A stretch of DNA of 64,000 nt from Vicugna vicugna (lineage: Eukaryota). The stretch is taken from contig MU058636.1 in assembly GCA_013265495.1 (NCBI GenBank), positions 620,001-684,000 of the forward strand, written 5' to 3'. Positions 41,165 through 54,411 of this stretch are shown in pieces; the stretch's first letter is position 1, and every line of letters starts with the position of its first letter. The position numbers and the translations under genes are program-made. Under the pieces are notes generated by a model, which saw only the letters and a program-made list of their open reading frames with translations, made no database searches and was not told where the DNA came from.

Positions 41165-41936
41165 CAGAGTTCACAAAAGATAAATGCTGGAGAGGGTGTG
41201 GAGGAAAGGGAGCCCTCCTACACTGCTGGTGGGAATGCAGTTTGGTGCAGCCATTATGGAAAACAGCACAAAGATTCCTCAAAAAACTAAAAACAGACTT
41301 ACCGTATGATCCAGCAACCCCACTGCTGGGCATATATCCAGAGGGAACCTTAATTCAAAAAGACACATGTACCCCAATATTCACAGCAGCACTAGTTACA
41401 AGTTACAATAGCCAAGACATGGAAACAGCCTCAATGCCCATCGACAGATGACTGGATAAAGAAGCTGTGGTATACTATTACAGTGGAATACTACTCAGCC
41501 ATAAAAAAGAATGAAATAATGCCATTTGCAGCAACATGGATGGAACTGGAGATTGTTATTCTAAGTGAAATAAGCCAGAAAGAGAAAAATACCATATGAT
41601 ATCACTGATATGTGGAATCTAAAAAGAAACTGACACAAATGGACTTATCTGCAAACAGAAACAGACTCACAGACATAGAAAACAAACTTACAGTCACCAA
41701 AGGGGAAAGGGGGGTGGGAAGGGATAAATTGGGAGTTTGAGATATCCACATATATCCTACTATATATAAAATAGATAAACAACAAGTTTACACTGTAGAG
41801 CTCAGGGAACTATATTCAATATCTTCTAGTAACCTACAATGAAAAGGAATATGTGTATGTATATGCATGACTGAAACATGCTGTACACCTGAAATTGACA
41901 CAGCATTGTAAACTGACTATGTCAATTTTAAAAAAG
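41165..41936 (+). mobile_element. 5'-truncated L1 with TSD
   Basis: ORF2 C-terminus (VQPLWKT...[22 protein letters not shown]) plus 3' UTR. TSD agaaagct(a/c)tgat at 41152-41164 and 41937-41949. Confidence 0.93.
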
Positions 41937-42094
41937 AGAAAGCTCTGATGGGTGATACACAGCATCACTTTAAGCATATACTTGGGGTGCGGAGCAGAGG
42001 GAGGGGAGAAAAATCATCAAAGGCATGGCACTTAGGCCAGAAGCAGCTGAAAGGTTTTCAATTAGAGTCTTTTTCTTAGAAGACACCATCAGCT

Positions 42095-42260
42095 AATGTT
42101 TCTTGGGGGCTTTTTCTATGCCAGGCACCGTGCTATGTTTTACATGCATCACCTCATTGAATCCTCACAGCAACACTATGAAGAAGACGTAATTAACTCC
42201 CCTCATTGTACTGGTTGAGGATAACTTGCCCAATCCTTACAGACAGAAGGTGACGGTTTG
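42095..42260 (-). mobile_element. MIR-like SINE remnant
   Basis: tatgccaggcaccgtgcta...ctcattgaatcctcacagcaacactatga...taacttgcccaa. Confidence 0.65.
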
Positions 42261-44059
42261 CCTGGACAGCACGTGGTGGTCCAAGCAGACTCCCAAGCTG
42301 GCCCACCACACTGCTGGACACCAGTCTCCACTACGGAAAGCCCAGAATTGACTGTGAACTCTATACTAATCACCAGATGGTTAGGCATCGTAATTTTCTC
42401 CTGGCACCATAAAATGATGTGGCTGGTGTTCAGACGGTTAATACTTTACTTTTTTCCCCTACTTTTGGAAAAAAGAGTCATGCAAGGGAATTGTACATTT
42501 CTTCAGACAGTGCCCAAGCCATACCATCCCCCCTATTCATTTATCCTCTTCTAGAAAAGACCCAAGATTTGTCAGTTTATTTATGAAGAAAGCCATGGTG
42601 ACCATATGCATGTTGAAATTGATTTAGTGACCTGATGGTGCCAGAGCTTAAACACTGTAAGTTTTTCCCAAATGGTTCACAATTTAATCCACAACCAGCA
42701 AACTTGGAAGTGCAGAGCTTTGAGCAAATCCATCCCTTTCTTTTACTGCTGTGTCCCTGCATTCCTTAGAAGTCAGAGAGGCCTGTTTCATGGTTACTCG
42801 AGGTGGTGGGTGACTGTCTTCAATGCTCAGAGAGCCTTTATTTCACTCTGTTACTCCCTCTGAATTGATCTTACTTTTTCTTTATGTGTCTAGTATGTTG
42901 TCTTGAAATTTTATAAAATTAGTTGTCGAATACTTCCTGAGCATCTTTGTGGGAGGTGCTACTGGGAGATAATAAGGTGGTGGTGTTCCTTCCATAACAA
43001 ACAAAAAGGAATTCCCTCAACAGACAGCCTTAAACTATTTTACTAGTCTCTTCTGAGAAACTGTAACTAGTCACCATAACATATAGGTAGTAGTATTAAT
43101 AATTTATTATAATCAAAACTAAATGTCAAGCAGTCCGCCAAAGCACATTTAAACACACGTGAAGGCGTGCCCTCCTCCCGTTTAAGAAGCTGGATTCTAG
43201 ACGTTAACTGCAGAAGTATTCAGGGTATTCTGCCTTCCAGCCCGCCTATATACACATATAAAATACAGCTGATTTCAAAACAAACTTCTAACATATCTGC
43301 AAGAATACAAGTGCAAAGTCATAGAACTAAAGAAATGATTACTTATAACTTTGCTAACTGGCGTTGGTGCAGATCATATGGAGGTAATCATATTTCATTT
43401 GGCTGACAGGTCTAAAAGCTGCAAGATCTACAGTGTTTTTCTGTAAGTGTCAACAAGAGCAAAAGGTTCCTACCGTCTGCACACCATTCAGCAGCCTGTT
43501 TAGAAGAATGGCTTCCCCTGCGTTCATTCATTTCTTCCCCTCTTCGTTTATAAACAGAAGTCGTGTTGAAAATTCACATTTGGTTTACCAGGAGTTCTTT
43601 TAAGTTTAAAGTGTTTGCGTTAACAAATGAGACTTCAAATCCAAACAAATATGTTCATTTACATTTCTTTTAATTTTGTCCTATGGTTACTTAACTGCAT
43701 CTGAAAATAAAATCAGTCATAAAGTTTTGAAAAAAAGTCTTTCTTGTTGCTTTAAAATTTTTCATTTTTCATCTTCCTGGTTTTTTTCCTTGTAATTAAT
43801 ATACTGACTTTCAGAAAAGTTATTTCCATATTTAAAATTCTTTTTCTTCTCATCTATGATTAACTTTAAACATTTGACAGACTTCTCTCCCTTCACCATC
43901 CTTCCCCGTAACCCCAGAGTTCTACTGAGCCATTTTTAAGTCAATTTTGATGTTTACTATTGTTTTATTTTCTTTTTGGAGATATGGAGTTAAAAACCAC
44001 CCAGGACAACAACTCCCAATAATGCCAGAGTATCTAAAAAGGGCGGCATAAACAAAATC

Positions 44060-44800
44060 AAAGTAACCTCAGAAAGCCTGAAGCAAATTTCTGCAAATCA
44101 TACATCGGAGAAGAGCCTAGTATCCAGAGTATATATACAACTTGACAACAAAGGCTAACAACCCAATCAAAAAACAGGCAAAGGACTTGAACACACATTT
44201 CTCCAGAGAAAACACACCACAAGGACATGAGAAGATCATGAGTTAGCATCATTAGTCATAGGGGAAACGCCAGTCAAGGTCACAATAACATTTCACAGCT
44301 ACTAGGATGACAACAGTAATAATAATAAACAGAAAATAACAAGGGCTGGAGAGCACACAGAGAAACTGGGACCCTCATACACTGCTAGTTGAGAAGGTAA
44401 AGCCACCGTGTGAGACAGTGTGATGGTTCCTCCAAAGTTAGACACGGAATTACCACACGGCCCTGCAATTCCACTCCTAACACATCCCCAAAGGAGCTGA
44501 AAAGATACGTCCACACAAAAACCCGAGCATCAAGGTTCATAGCAGCACTATTCACAACAGCCAGAAGTAGAAGCAATTCCATGTCCATCCGTGATGAACA
44601 GATAAACAGAATGTGCTGTATCCATCCAACTGGAATATTATTTGGCCATAAAAAAGGAATGCGGTACTGATACACACTACAACATGAATGGCCCTTGAAA
44701 ACACCATGATAAATGAAAGAAGCCAGACATGAAGGGCACATAGTGTATAATCCCATTTACATGAAATGTCCAGAATAGGGCAGTCCACAGAGACGGTAAG
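44060..44800 (+). mobile_element. Old L1 (L1MB-like) fragment
   Basis: Contains ctagtatccagagtatat, caattccactccta, gttcatagcagcactattcacaacagcca and cccatttacatgaaatgtccagaatagg. Confidence 0.85.
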
Positions 44801-47800
44801 ACAAGTGAGGTCTTCCTAAAATGGGAAGCCACTGGGGTCACAGCCCTACACCTGTGGACCCAGAGGGATGAGGTGCAGTGACAGGGGTACGAGCTAGAAA
44901 CAGTCTGAGGAAAGTAGATATCCATCCAAAGACGAGGCGGCAAATGTGTGCAGATTCAAAATGGCGGGAGGATGGGTTGGTTACTGCACAGATCCAGGTT
45001 CAATTCCCGCCCCCCAAACATTGTGTTCACGTCTCTACTGATGTACTGGGATCACGAAGTCTTTTGTCTCCCGGTCTAGACAACAACTCCTTGAAGGCAG
45101 GAAACAAATCGTGCTTATCTTTGGGGCCTCACAGTGTAGACAGTTTACCCAGTCAGTAAACACTTAAAAGCACATGCTGTGTGCCAGGCACAAAAATAGT
45201 GAATATTGAAGTGTTAATTTCAAGGCCTTGAAATCAGTAACGATGAAAGCCATTCTGAGCGCAGCAGTTTGGATATAAAACATCTGGTAAGACCAGGTCT
45301 ACCACCTGGCACCGGGGATGAAGTCCTTAGACTCAGACTTGGGTTCAGAGGGAAGGAATTCCTAGCAGAGCCTCCCATGGCCCCGCCCCGCAGACCTGCT
45401 TTGGAGGCTAAAGGTGAGAGTGGTTTGCAACGAAGGAAGATGAGAAAAGGAACAAGCCGTTTCCTGTGTGTCCCCAGGTGAAATCGAAAAGTTCACCATC
45501 TACAGAATCGGTGCCCACAGCTCTCCTCGTCTGTGGTGTAGGGGGAACGGGGCATCCCAGGTCTTCCGCAGGCCTGGGCCCCAGTGAGGCTCCTGGCCCC
45601 AGCAGGTGAGGTGGCACCACTGAGCGTCAGGGATGGCCAGGAAGCTGCCAGCCTCGGTGGGCACCAGAAGGGCGAGTCTGAGGTTACTCTGTAGGGAGTC
45701 CCACAATGGAGAGGAATTTCCTCATGGGCCGGGGCTGGTCCCTGCAGAGCGCGACAAGGTGGCAAAAGGTCTAAAATTATGTAGTACAAAATTATGTTGT
45801 TTTACGTAGAATTTGAATATAATTCCAGATTTTTAACTGAAGTCACTCAGAAGGCGCTTTGGGGTCGCAGGTTCCTTGGGATTCCTCTCTTCAGATCACT
45901 GTTCTTCTATGACAGGGTCACAGAAAAAAATCCCATTCATCCTGGGTGTTTAGATTTGATACAAACAGGAATTCCCTTCATCAAACCTGCCTCACCAGTC
46001 TCCTGGTGAAAACATAAAAAGATAAAAGAACCATTGTGCTGCTGATTTGAGCAGAAACGGAATGATGGAATTCACAGCGCGGCCGCAGCCCTCCTAATTA
46101 GCCCTGCCCACATACTTCAACTTTTCTAAACCAAGCCCTCCTCCATTTTACAGTTTCAACTTTTTTTTTTTTTGATCTTTTGGATTAGTAAGAGATTTTC
46201 TTTGGCTTTTGCAAGAAGTCAAACTCTCAGGAAACAACTGAATTAAACTTCATATTTGCTTCAAAGTCCTTAGCACCTCGCATCCGTGTTTCCTCAAAAT
46301 GTCTCCATTGGAGGAATAAAGGGAGAATGTTCTGCACTGTGCAGGATTCAAATGAGCAGGAAAGCGTCTGATGAGTCCCACAGCCTACGCGCGTTAGCAT
46401 CCCAATTACACCTTAAGACTCGTTAAGTATTGCAGACATTCTGCAGCTTGACAGCATTCAGGAGACTTCTCGTTTGATATTGTAAGTTCTCGTATAATGT
46501 AACGGTTCTCTGGAGGGTCTCCAACCTACTAGCCTTCATTACCTAATTAGAAGAAAGGGCTTTTAAAAATGTTTTTATGTCAGAAAATATGCTTGAATAG
46601 CTCTGAGACGGAGGCTCAATCAGCTAATAACACCTATTGACTACTGAACACCTGGTACGTGCCAGGCACTGTGCTAAACTCTTTGATATCATTATAGTGT
46701 CTCTTCCAATAAGTGTGTTATTAAGTAAGCTTAAAAAAAAGGTTTAAATTCATCCACTTTTCTAAAATTTCCCAGTAAGTTAAAAAGGAACCTGCAGCCC
46801 ACGCAGAACGTCATCCCATTGATTTTAACACAAGCATCGTTAGCACCCCTTCCGAGGCCTCTCTTTTCAACGCGCTGGGTTCTGATGTTACACAAGTGAG
46901 ATGTCTTAGGGGAGGAAGCGCGTGTCCCTGGCATTCTTAGTTTCCATGACCAGTCTCCTTCGTGTGCACAGCGGTTTGACCGTATCAGGCGTACCTAATC
47001 CTTACTTCTTTTATTCCTGAAAGTGGGTCAATTTACTTTAGAGACACGAGGTCTGGAAGGAAATACTAGGCAAATGGAAAGCAGAGAAGTATAAAAAGGC
47101 TTAAGGTGACGAGGTATGGCGCCCGAGGGAAATAAGGAGATGGAGTTTGCTTCAGAAGCACCTTGAACCACGTGAAGGATTACTGTAGGGGCGCCCTTAG
47201 TGCCCCCGTCCAGAGAGGGCAGCCTAGATGGAGCCGAGCTACACTCCAGGTGATGTGCAAAGCCCACTCTCCAACCAGTGCAGGTGCAGAAGCAGGAACG
47301 CAGAGGCTAAGATGAGGGGCTGAAACCTCCCAGCCCCTCTCTTCCTGCAGAATTTGCTAAATAAACTCCGGCCTCAGAAGGAGAAGGAGCACCTTGGGAC
47401 AGCTGTGCCGCGGACAGGGCCAGGACTGGTTACATTCTTGAGATTCCTTACTAGTATTCCTTGAATCTCACTCTACAATGTGGAGGTGTTCGGCTTATAA
47501 TAAAGAAAACAGCAAACACGGTTCATGTTTGTCCTTGTAATATTGCTCAAATTTCCTGACTGCCTCAAACAAAGAAAACATTTGAAAACAAGTCACGATG
47601 GTGGCCTCTACTAGTGTAATATTTTAATTCACCTTACAATGAAAGTTTCGGAATAATAGCATTTTTAGCACTTTTGAGAGTTGGGGGAAGAGAGAGTGAG
47701 AAGTTACCCTGGCTCGAGGGCTACCTGGAGACCTGGCCTCTGTCCGTCCGCAGGGGTAAGGCAATCCCAGCGCACAGATATCCGAAAGCCAGTCGGAGTG

Positions 47801-49408
47801 AGTTTCAGATGTAGGCAGTACACATTTATAGACTAGGTCAAACAAATCGGACAGTTTAAGTGAGCAGCCAATGAACAGAAACATAAATACGTTGGGGCCA
47901 ATAAGTGGTCATATTTATAGAGCACAGTAAAACCCGTATCTCTCACTCGACTTGGAGAAACCTCACCAACTGGACTGAACACAGTGGTCACGACACTGAG
48001 TGCTAAAACCACGGGAACTTCCAGCTCCTGCAATACTATTTCAGTTGCGCTGGAATATTCAACGTCCTCCTGGAGGAGAAAGAACCCCAAGTGCTAAGAA
48101 GCAAAGCAAAACAAACAAACACAACCAAACAAGCAAACAAAACCCCCACTTCCTTCTGAATCCCTTCACACATTTCCAGGATCCGGACGGGGCTGCCAGA
48201 CTCAGCCTATATTTGGGGGAAAATATAATCCATATGTTGTTTGATAGGAAAAGAAGGATTAAGACAGACTCCAAGTAATAAAAAAAAACAGGTTAAGTGG
48301 CTCCAAGGTGCAGCAGCCCCTGCTGTTTTCTGCATTATGGTCACCCCGTTTTGGTAGCCGTGGAGGTGAAGGTGATGATCAGGGCATGGTTTACTGTAAA
48401 GTCCAGGTGTGGGAATAGACCCAGCCTCCCATACACGGATGAACGATCACTTGATTGTGGTGCGAGGAGCAGTCTGCTGGGCTGGTATTACAGTGGCTGA
48501 GTCTCGGACAAGGAGCAGGTTCACAAAGGTGGAAGACTCTTTTTTAAAAGACAAATAGAAGAACCAGCTCCTCACCCTGTCCCATCTCTCAAAGAATGCG
48601 CACCATCTCTACGGAAGAATTGTGACACCATTTGCCACGTCTCCCGCTCACCGGGGACCCCGAGAGTCTTCGGGTGATGAACACTTGGGATTCTGGTCAC
48701 TGACCCACATCAAATCATCAAACTCCCTTCATTAATGCTTATGATGTGTAATTTGGCAACTGGGTATGGATTTCAGCAAACTCCAGTTTTTTTCCCTAAG
48801 AAGTAAGTTAAGGGCAGTGTAAGTGCTGTTGTTAACCAAATGATAAAATCATGCCAAGTCTGATTGACTAAATCAACTAGGACATCTGGGGGGTTTTGTT
48901 TGTTTATGCTTTTTACTTGCAAATAATTTCAAACTTGGAGGAAGAGTTGCATCAGTAAGAACGGTATAAAAACCTCCTCCATACTCCTTTAGCATAGTCA
49001 CCAATTGTTAACATTTGGGTAATCTGTTTTATGGCCAAACAATGACTCATAAAAATGGATGAACCCTCCCCCTACCGATGTGGGACTGTCTGCCACACAG
49101 ACGTGTCGACCGACGCACCAGCATTACTAATTGTACGGTGCTTGTCAGAACAGAACCAAAACCCATGCTCTCATGCATGTAGGTGATTTACACTTTTCCC
49201 TTGCTGTCAACAAATTAACTCTAAATCATATGCTTGTTAAAACACACTGAGTACTCATTCCTAACAGCTTGGCTAACTTCACACATATTTTGCCGCTGAA
49301 CATTGGGCTCTAAGTGCTAAACGGAAGAGTATGATTCCAGACCTTTCAAAGCAGAGAAAAATACATGGAAACCATGAATGTCCCAAGATTTCCTGTCATT
49401 GGCTCTTG

Positions 49409-49424
49409 AGCGCCATCTTCTGGC
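49409..49424 (-). promoter_or_regulatory. Candidate CTCF site with overlapping YY1-like core
   Basis: Minus strand reads GCCAGAAGATGGCGCT, close to the CTCF core CCASYAGRKGGCRS. Plus strand contains CGCCATCTT (YY1-like). Motif evidence only. Confidence 0.5.
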
Positions 49425-49753
49425 TAAATGTTGGCGGTGAGACATTACATTGAACACACCGATTTTTACAATCAACGGGGTCACACAGAGACTCCTGGGT
49501 GCTAGATTTAAACAAAACAGAGGCATTGGCATTATGCAAGTGAAAATTGACTAAGTCCACAGGGAAAAAAGCAATCCACAAGATCAGAAGATAACTAGGA
49601 GGTGGAAATGGTAAGCCCTTCTGCTTACCAGACATGCCCATCTGAGAAGCCTTTATGGCCGGTAGGTGATGTGGGGAGGAGAAAATGAAGTGAGGATAAA
49701 GGCTGGGGGCCAGTCGTGGGGAGCAATCAGCTGACCACCACGATTTTACTTTA

Positions 49754-49883
49754 TTTTTTTTAAACATTTTTTTTATTGAGTTATAGTCATTTTGCAATGT
49801 TGTGTCAAATTCCAATGTAGAGCACAATTTTTCAGTTACACATGAACATACATACATTCATTGTCACATTCTCTTTCGCTGGT
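49754..49883 (-). mobile_element. Very short L1 3' end with perfect TSD
   Basis: Homologous to the end of the L1 tail at 54890-55023. 12-bp TSD gattttacttta at 49742-49753 and 49884-49895. Confidence 0.88.
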
Positions 49884-49966
49884 GATTTTACTTTAAATCA
49901 TTTCTCCAAGTCACAACTCTTAAATCCAGGCTTCTTGAAGGCTAGAACTGAGTCCAACTAACCTTC

Positions 49967-50085
49967 TTTTTTTAACATTCTAAAACATTTGTTATTTATT
50001 TTTAATGGAGGTGCTGGAAGTTGAACCCAGGACTTTGTGCATGCTAAGCATTCGCTTTACCACTGAGCTATATACCCCCCTCCCC
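49967..50085 (-). mobile_element. tRNA-derived SINE
   Basis: Reverse complement of the family core (atggaggtgctggaagttgaacccaggactttgtgcatgctaagc...cactgagctata) with a T-rich tail on +. Confidence 0.88.
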
Positions 50086-50461
50086 TGACGAACCTTTGTA
50101 TCTTCCATTGACTGTATAGTTCCTTGTTGAATGAGTGAAGTAAGCATGAGAAACAAATTTATGTCCCCGTGCTTAACGTGTGCAGGCGTGCTGTTAAAGC
50201 CCGAGTCCGAAATACACGAATGTTAAAGGAATACGTGATTGCAGCACCAAGTAGCGGAAGATCTAGTAATCGATTGCTTTTCGGTGGCCAACATTGTCTA
50301 CATCTCTGTTTAGTCGTGTTGAAAATCTGCTGCTGAAATCCAACCTATCTGCAAAAACACACTATCCACTTAATGACCCTAATATTCTAGACTTGGGGTG
50401 TGCTATAATAAGTATACACTTTATGTCCAAAGTCAATAGTTATCCATCATCATAAATAATT

Positions 50462-50610
50462 TATTATTGTATTATTTAATCATTTTTTATTTTTGTGGGG
50501 GGAGGGGTAATTAGGTTTATTTAGTTATTTTTAGAGGAGGCACTGGGGATTGAACCCAGGACCTCATGCATACTAAGCATGCACTCTATCACTTGAGCTA
50601 TACCCTCCCC
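50462..50610 (-). mobile_element. tRNA-derived SINE
   Basis: Reverse-complement core ggggattgaacccaggacctcatgcatactaagc...gagctataccctcccc. TSD tcatcataa(a/g)taatt at 50447-50461 and 50611-50625. Confidence 0.9.
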
Positions 50611-52884
50611 TCATCATAAGTAATTATACAGATTCCATCTAGAGATTCCACACAGTTGGGGAGCCTTCCTGGGTTTCACCATATTTGCAGCATCCCCTTT
50701 AAACAGGTGAAGTAACTGTCATGAGGCTGCGGTACTGAGCGTCACAGCAGAGCAAAACATGGAGGTATTGGCTGTCTGAGGCAACAAGGCATGGAGACAG
50801 CCTTCTACACAATATTCAATTTAAATCTCCCAGGGACAGGATCCTTTTTGCACAGGCATTCCCCACCCTTGACTTCGTGTCTGCTTTGACTCAAGAAGCT
50901 TTGGTGACAAGTTTCACTGAGGGTTGACATACAATGTTGTAGTATAACCAGTCCTGACCAAAGGCTAAAATAGTGGAGAACAGTATCTGGCATTTATTGA
51001 AGACCTACTGTGTGCCGTATCTTACCTCCACACATTGCCTCATTTAATCTTCTAAAACCCATTTGGGAGCAGAGTCACACCCAGGGCTCAGCTTTGGCCT
51101 TGGTGTTCAGCTGAAATCCACCATTTGCCTTTGGCCCAGCGTTGGAAGCTGCTTCAGTGAACTTTCTGGCCTCCCTGCGCTTGTGTGTGCATAACGGTCT
51201 TCCGCCTGTGTAGGTCAGCGTCGTATGTAATCACCTTAACATCAGAAATACAGACATGGTGTGATGTTTAGATTTGCTTTTAACACTGAAAGACAGTATT
51301 TACTTTCAAATATAGGTAAGCCTTCTATATGAATCTTGGAGTGAAAGTCTCTTTTATGTGTTCAGAGGCTGGAATTTTATCAGTCCTCGGAATTCTCAAT
51401 CTGTATTTTTACTGCAAGACTGCAGTGAGCTGACAACTGTGAAGGTGATGTAAAAGAAAGCGTGTTAGCTTCAGGACACATATTCTTTTTTCAATCAACA
51501 AGCGAAATGCAAATTTAAATGATGATGCGTGGCAGAATCATAAATAGTAATGGGTTCTATCATGATTCTAGAGCTTGCAGACGCGTTCTGGGACGCCAGC
51601 AATGTTAACATTAAATAAAGTGACATTTAAGAACTGCATTTATTTTGCTTGTTTGTCTGTTTCTTAAGTCTAGGTAAGTCATGATCCTTCTAAGAAAAAA
51701 TACTATCTGGAAATTCTTTGTATGGGTGCTTTAAAATCAGCATGTTAACCTTGCCCCTTAAAAGTGTACAATGGAACACTCTCAGGTCATTCTACAACAA
51801 TGTCCATGAGAACTTATCTCTGATCCAGACACAGTAAAGACAAAAAGAAGCAGGAGATTTATTTAAACATGAGTTACTCAAATGCCTTGCTTCTCTACCT
51901 GTCACAGGGGAAAGTGGGTTCTACCCAGTATTGTAAATAGGTGGGCAGCTACCAGAGGAGACCTCTAGCAGCCTCTGGCAGTGGAGAAATGACGGTTTCT
52001 TCCCATAATGTTACATTTATACCATCTGACTGATACAACTTTGACAGCAAAAGCATGTGCATGTCGTCATAGGCTGACTGAAAAACTAACTCCGATTCTG
52101 TACCCCTCCATATAGTCAGAGCCTTTGCAATGCCACCTTGAAGTCTTTCCCTTCAAGAGATGGAGTGTGTTTCCCCGGCACTGGATCTGGGCAGCTCTGC
52201 GATCTACTCTGGCCCCCGGGCTGCAGCCCAAGTGACCGGCGCGCCAGCTCTGAGCCTGATCTCTGGAGGTCTCGCTTACTGGCGCGCTCTGTCCTCACCT
52301 GTCGCCCTGACCCACCTGAAAACAAGCGCGACTGCCTGCTGGAGGGCGAGGGACCACACGGAGCAGAGACGCCTTGCTGGAGCCGACCCCATCCTGGGCT
52401 GCCGGCCCCCGGCTCATCTGCCAGGTGCCAGCAGCCACGGGAGCGAGCAGACCCGAGCGTGCTGAGACGCCCCGCGTCCCGCCCAGACCAGCACTAGCAC
52501 CCAGCGGACCAAAGACCGGTGAACGGAAAGTGCTTATTGCTGTATGCGCCCGAGTTCTGCAGTTACTGGTCACACAGCGTTATTGTGGCAGCAGACACCC
52601 AACATAGCTAGCCAATGATGATTTTTCTAAGAGCAACATCAGGGCTGTTCTTTTATCCCCGAAATCCATTTTGTGATGGTGATACTCGGTTTTGGCCTCA
52701 GTGACTTTGCCACGCGGCCAGTTAGGAGTCAGCACGGATGCGGTGCAACTCTGTGGGATAAGGGTTATTGTCTCCAATTTAGAGTTACATGCCCACACGC
52801 ACATCCCTAAGGCCCACGAGGGTTTGGAAGCTTTCTCAGGCCAAGTCAGGTCGATCTGACTCCAGATCTGTGTTCTTAAGACTG

Positions 52885-53175
52885 AGCTACAAAGTGAAAT
52901 AAGCCAGACGGAGAAAAGACAAATACCGTATGATATCATGAATCTGTGGAATCTAAAAAATACAAAAAACTAGTGAATAAAACAAAAAAGAAGCAGACTC
53001 AGAGATGCAGAGAACAAGCTAGTGGTGACCAGTGGGATGGGGGGAGGGGTGAAATAGGGAGGGGGAGGGAGGTACAGACTACTGGGTGTGAGAGGCACAA
53101 GGATACATTGTACAACTCAGGGGGTATGAACAATATTTTGTAGTAACTGTAAATGGAGTTTAACCTTTAAAATTG
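52885..53175 (+). mobile_element. L1 3' UTR fragment
   Basis: aagtgaaataagccagacggagaaaagacaaataccgtatgatatc...gtggaatctaaaaaa. Homologous to 41560-41850. Confidence 0.85.
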
Positions 53176-53230
53176 TATATATATTATATGTGTGTGTGTA
53201 TGTCTGTGTGTGTGTGTATATATATATATA
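53175..53230. repeat. Compound (TA)n/(TG)n microsatellite at an L1 tail
   Basis: Read directly. Confidence 0.9.
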
Positions 53231-53729
53231 AGACTGAGCCACATTCTGTGTCTCACGCAGCCTCTGCAATGAGCTCCGGCAAGAATGGAGAAGTTCACTT
53301 TACAAGAAGTCACCCCCTGGCCGGCTGGATGGTTTATTTCAGGTAGGAAATGAAGAGATCCTTCCACTGGAAAACTGAGATCTTTGTATGAAAACCAACT
53401 TGCTTTTCTGGGAGAAGGGCGTGCCGGAGTCTCACCACACCCTGGCACAGACGCCCAGTAAAAGCGCGTGGAGGCAGTGAAACCTGCCCACCAGGGACAC
53501 ATGTGTAGCAGCTTAAAGAAAGGAAATCTGTTAAAATGATGCTTTTCCTAATGCAGCCCTTCTGTCAGCCTCCTGACACAGTTACTCTAAAATGAGGCAA
53601 GAGCGATGTCTTGACCATATGGTTCTAAGTCTACCAGCCTCCTCTGATCAGACTAAACTCTCATTTGGAGGGAAGTGTTGCTGAGTGAAGCAGTGTGTCT
53701 GTAAGAGAGACAGGAAACAAGCTCTCTTA

Positions 53730-53940
53730 TTTTACTGAGACAACGCTGATTTATAGTATTATGTAAGCTTCACGTGTGCAACATTCTGTTTCCACTTCTG
53801 TATGCCCTCCAACATGCTCCCCACCAAAAATTTAGTTTCCATCTGTCACCATACAGTTGGACCCCCTTCATCTATTTCACCCCACCCCCACCCTCACCCC
53901 TGTAACCACTACTTTGTTCTCTGTGTCTATGTGTTTACTT
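53730..53940 (-). mobile_element. L1 3' UTR fragment
   Basis: ccccaccaaaaatttagtttccatctgtcaccatacagtt...gtaaccactactttgttctctgtgtctatg, an antisense L1 tail. Confidence 0.7.
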
Positions 53941-54272
53941 TGGGGAAATTCTCTTGTGAGTAAACATTTGAGTGAAAGAAAGTAAATCCATTGGATGGAG
54001 AAGAGCGGTGGTTCTTTCGGTGGTTTCAGGACCAGCATTTCTAGGGATGGGTTAGACGTGCAGATTCCCGGGCCAGACGCCAGCCCCGGAGTCAGCACTC
54101 CGCGTGAAGCCCAGCAATCTGGTTCCAGCAAACCCCTCGGTGGTTCTGATGCCCGCAGAGGGGGTGGAACACGGGGCAGGAGGAGGTGTCCTTCAGGGAG
54201 AACTTGGCTTCTTCCTAAGTCTGGGTCTTGTGCTCAGTTCAGGGGCAAACCAACAGTTCTGACCTTCCCTGA

Positions 54273-54411
54273 CCTCTGCCCCCAGAGGCTCCCGGAGGAG
54301 CTGGGGTCCCCCTGGTCCCAGCCCTCTGCCCCCAGAGGCTCCCGGAGGAGCTGGGGTCCCCCTGGTCCCAGCCCTCTGCCCCCAGAGGCTCCTGGAGGAG
54401 CTGGCGTCCCC
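54273..54411. repeat. Minisatellite, 50-bp unit, ~2.8 near-identical copies
   Basis: ctctgcccccagaggctcccggaggagctggggtccccctggtcccagcc starts at 54274, 54324 and 54374. Confidence 0.95.

Noticed and set aside
41242..41451. L1 ORF2-like peptides (also 6818-7214 and 26127-26686)
   Set aside because: Truncated, frameshifted remnants. Not functional CDS.
48648..48677. Short hairpin tcaccggggac...gtcttcgggtga
   Set aside because: An 11-bp stem with G-U pairs and a bulge is expected by chance. No RNA-family hallmarks.
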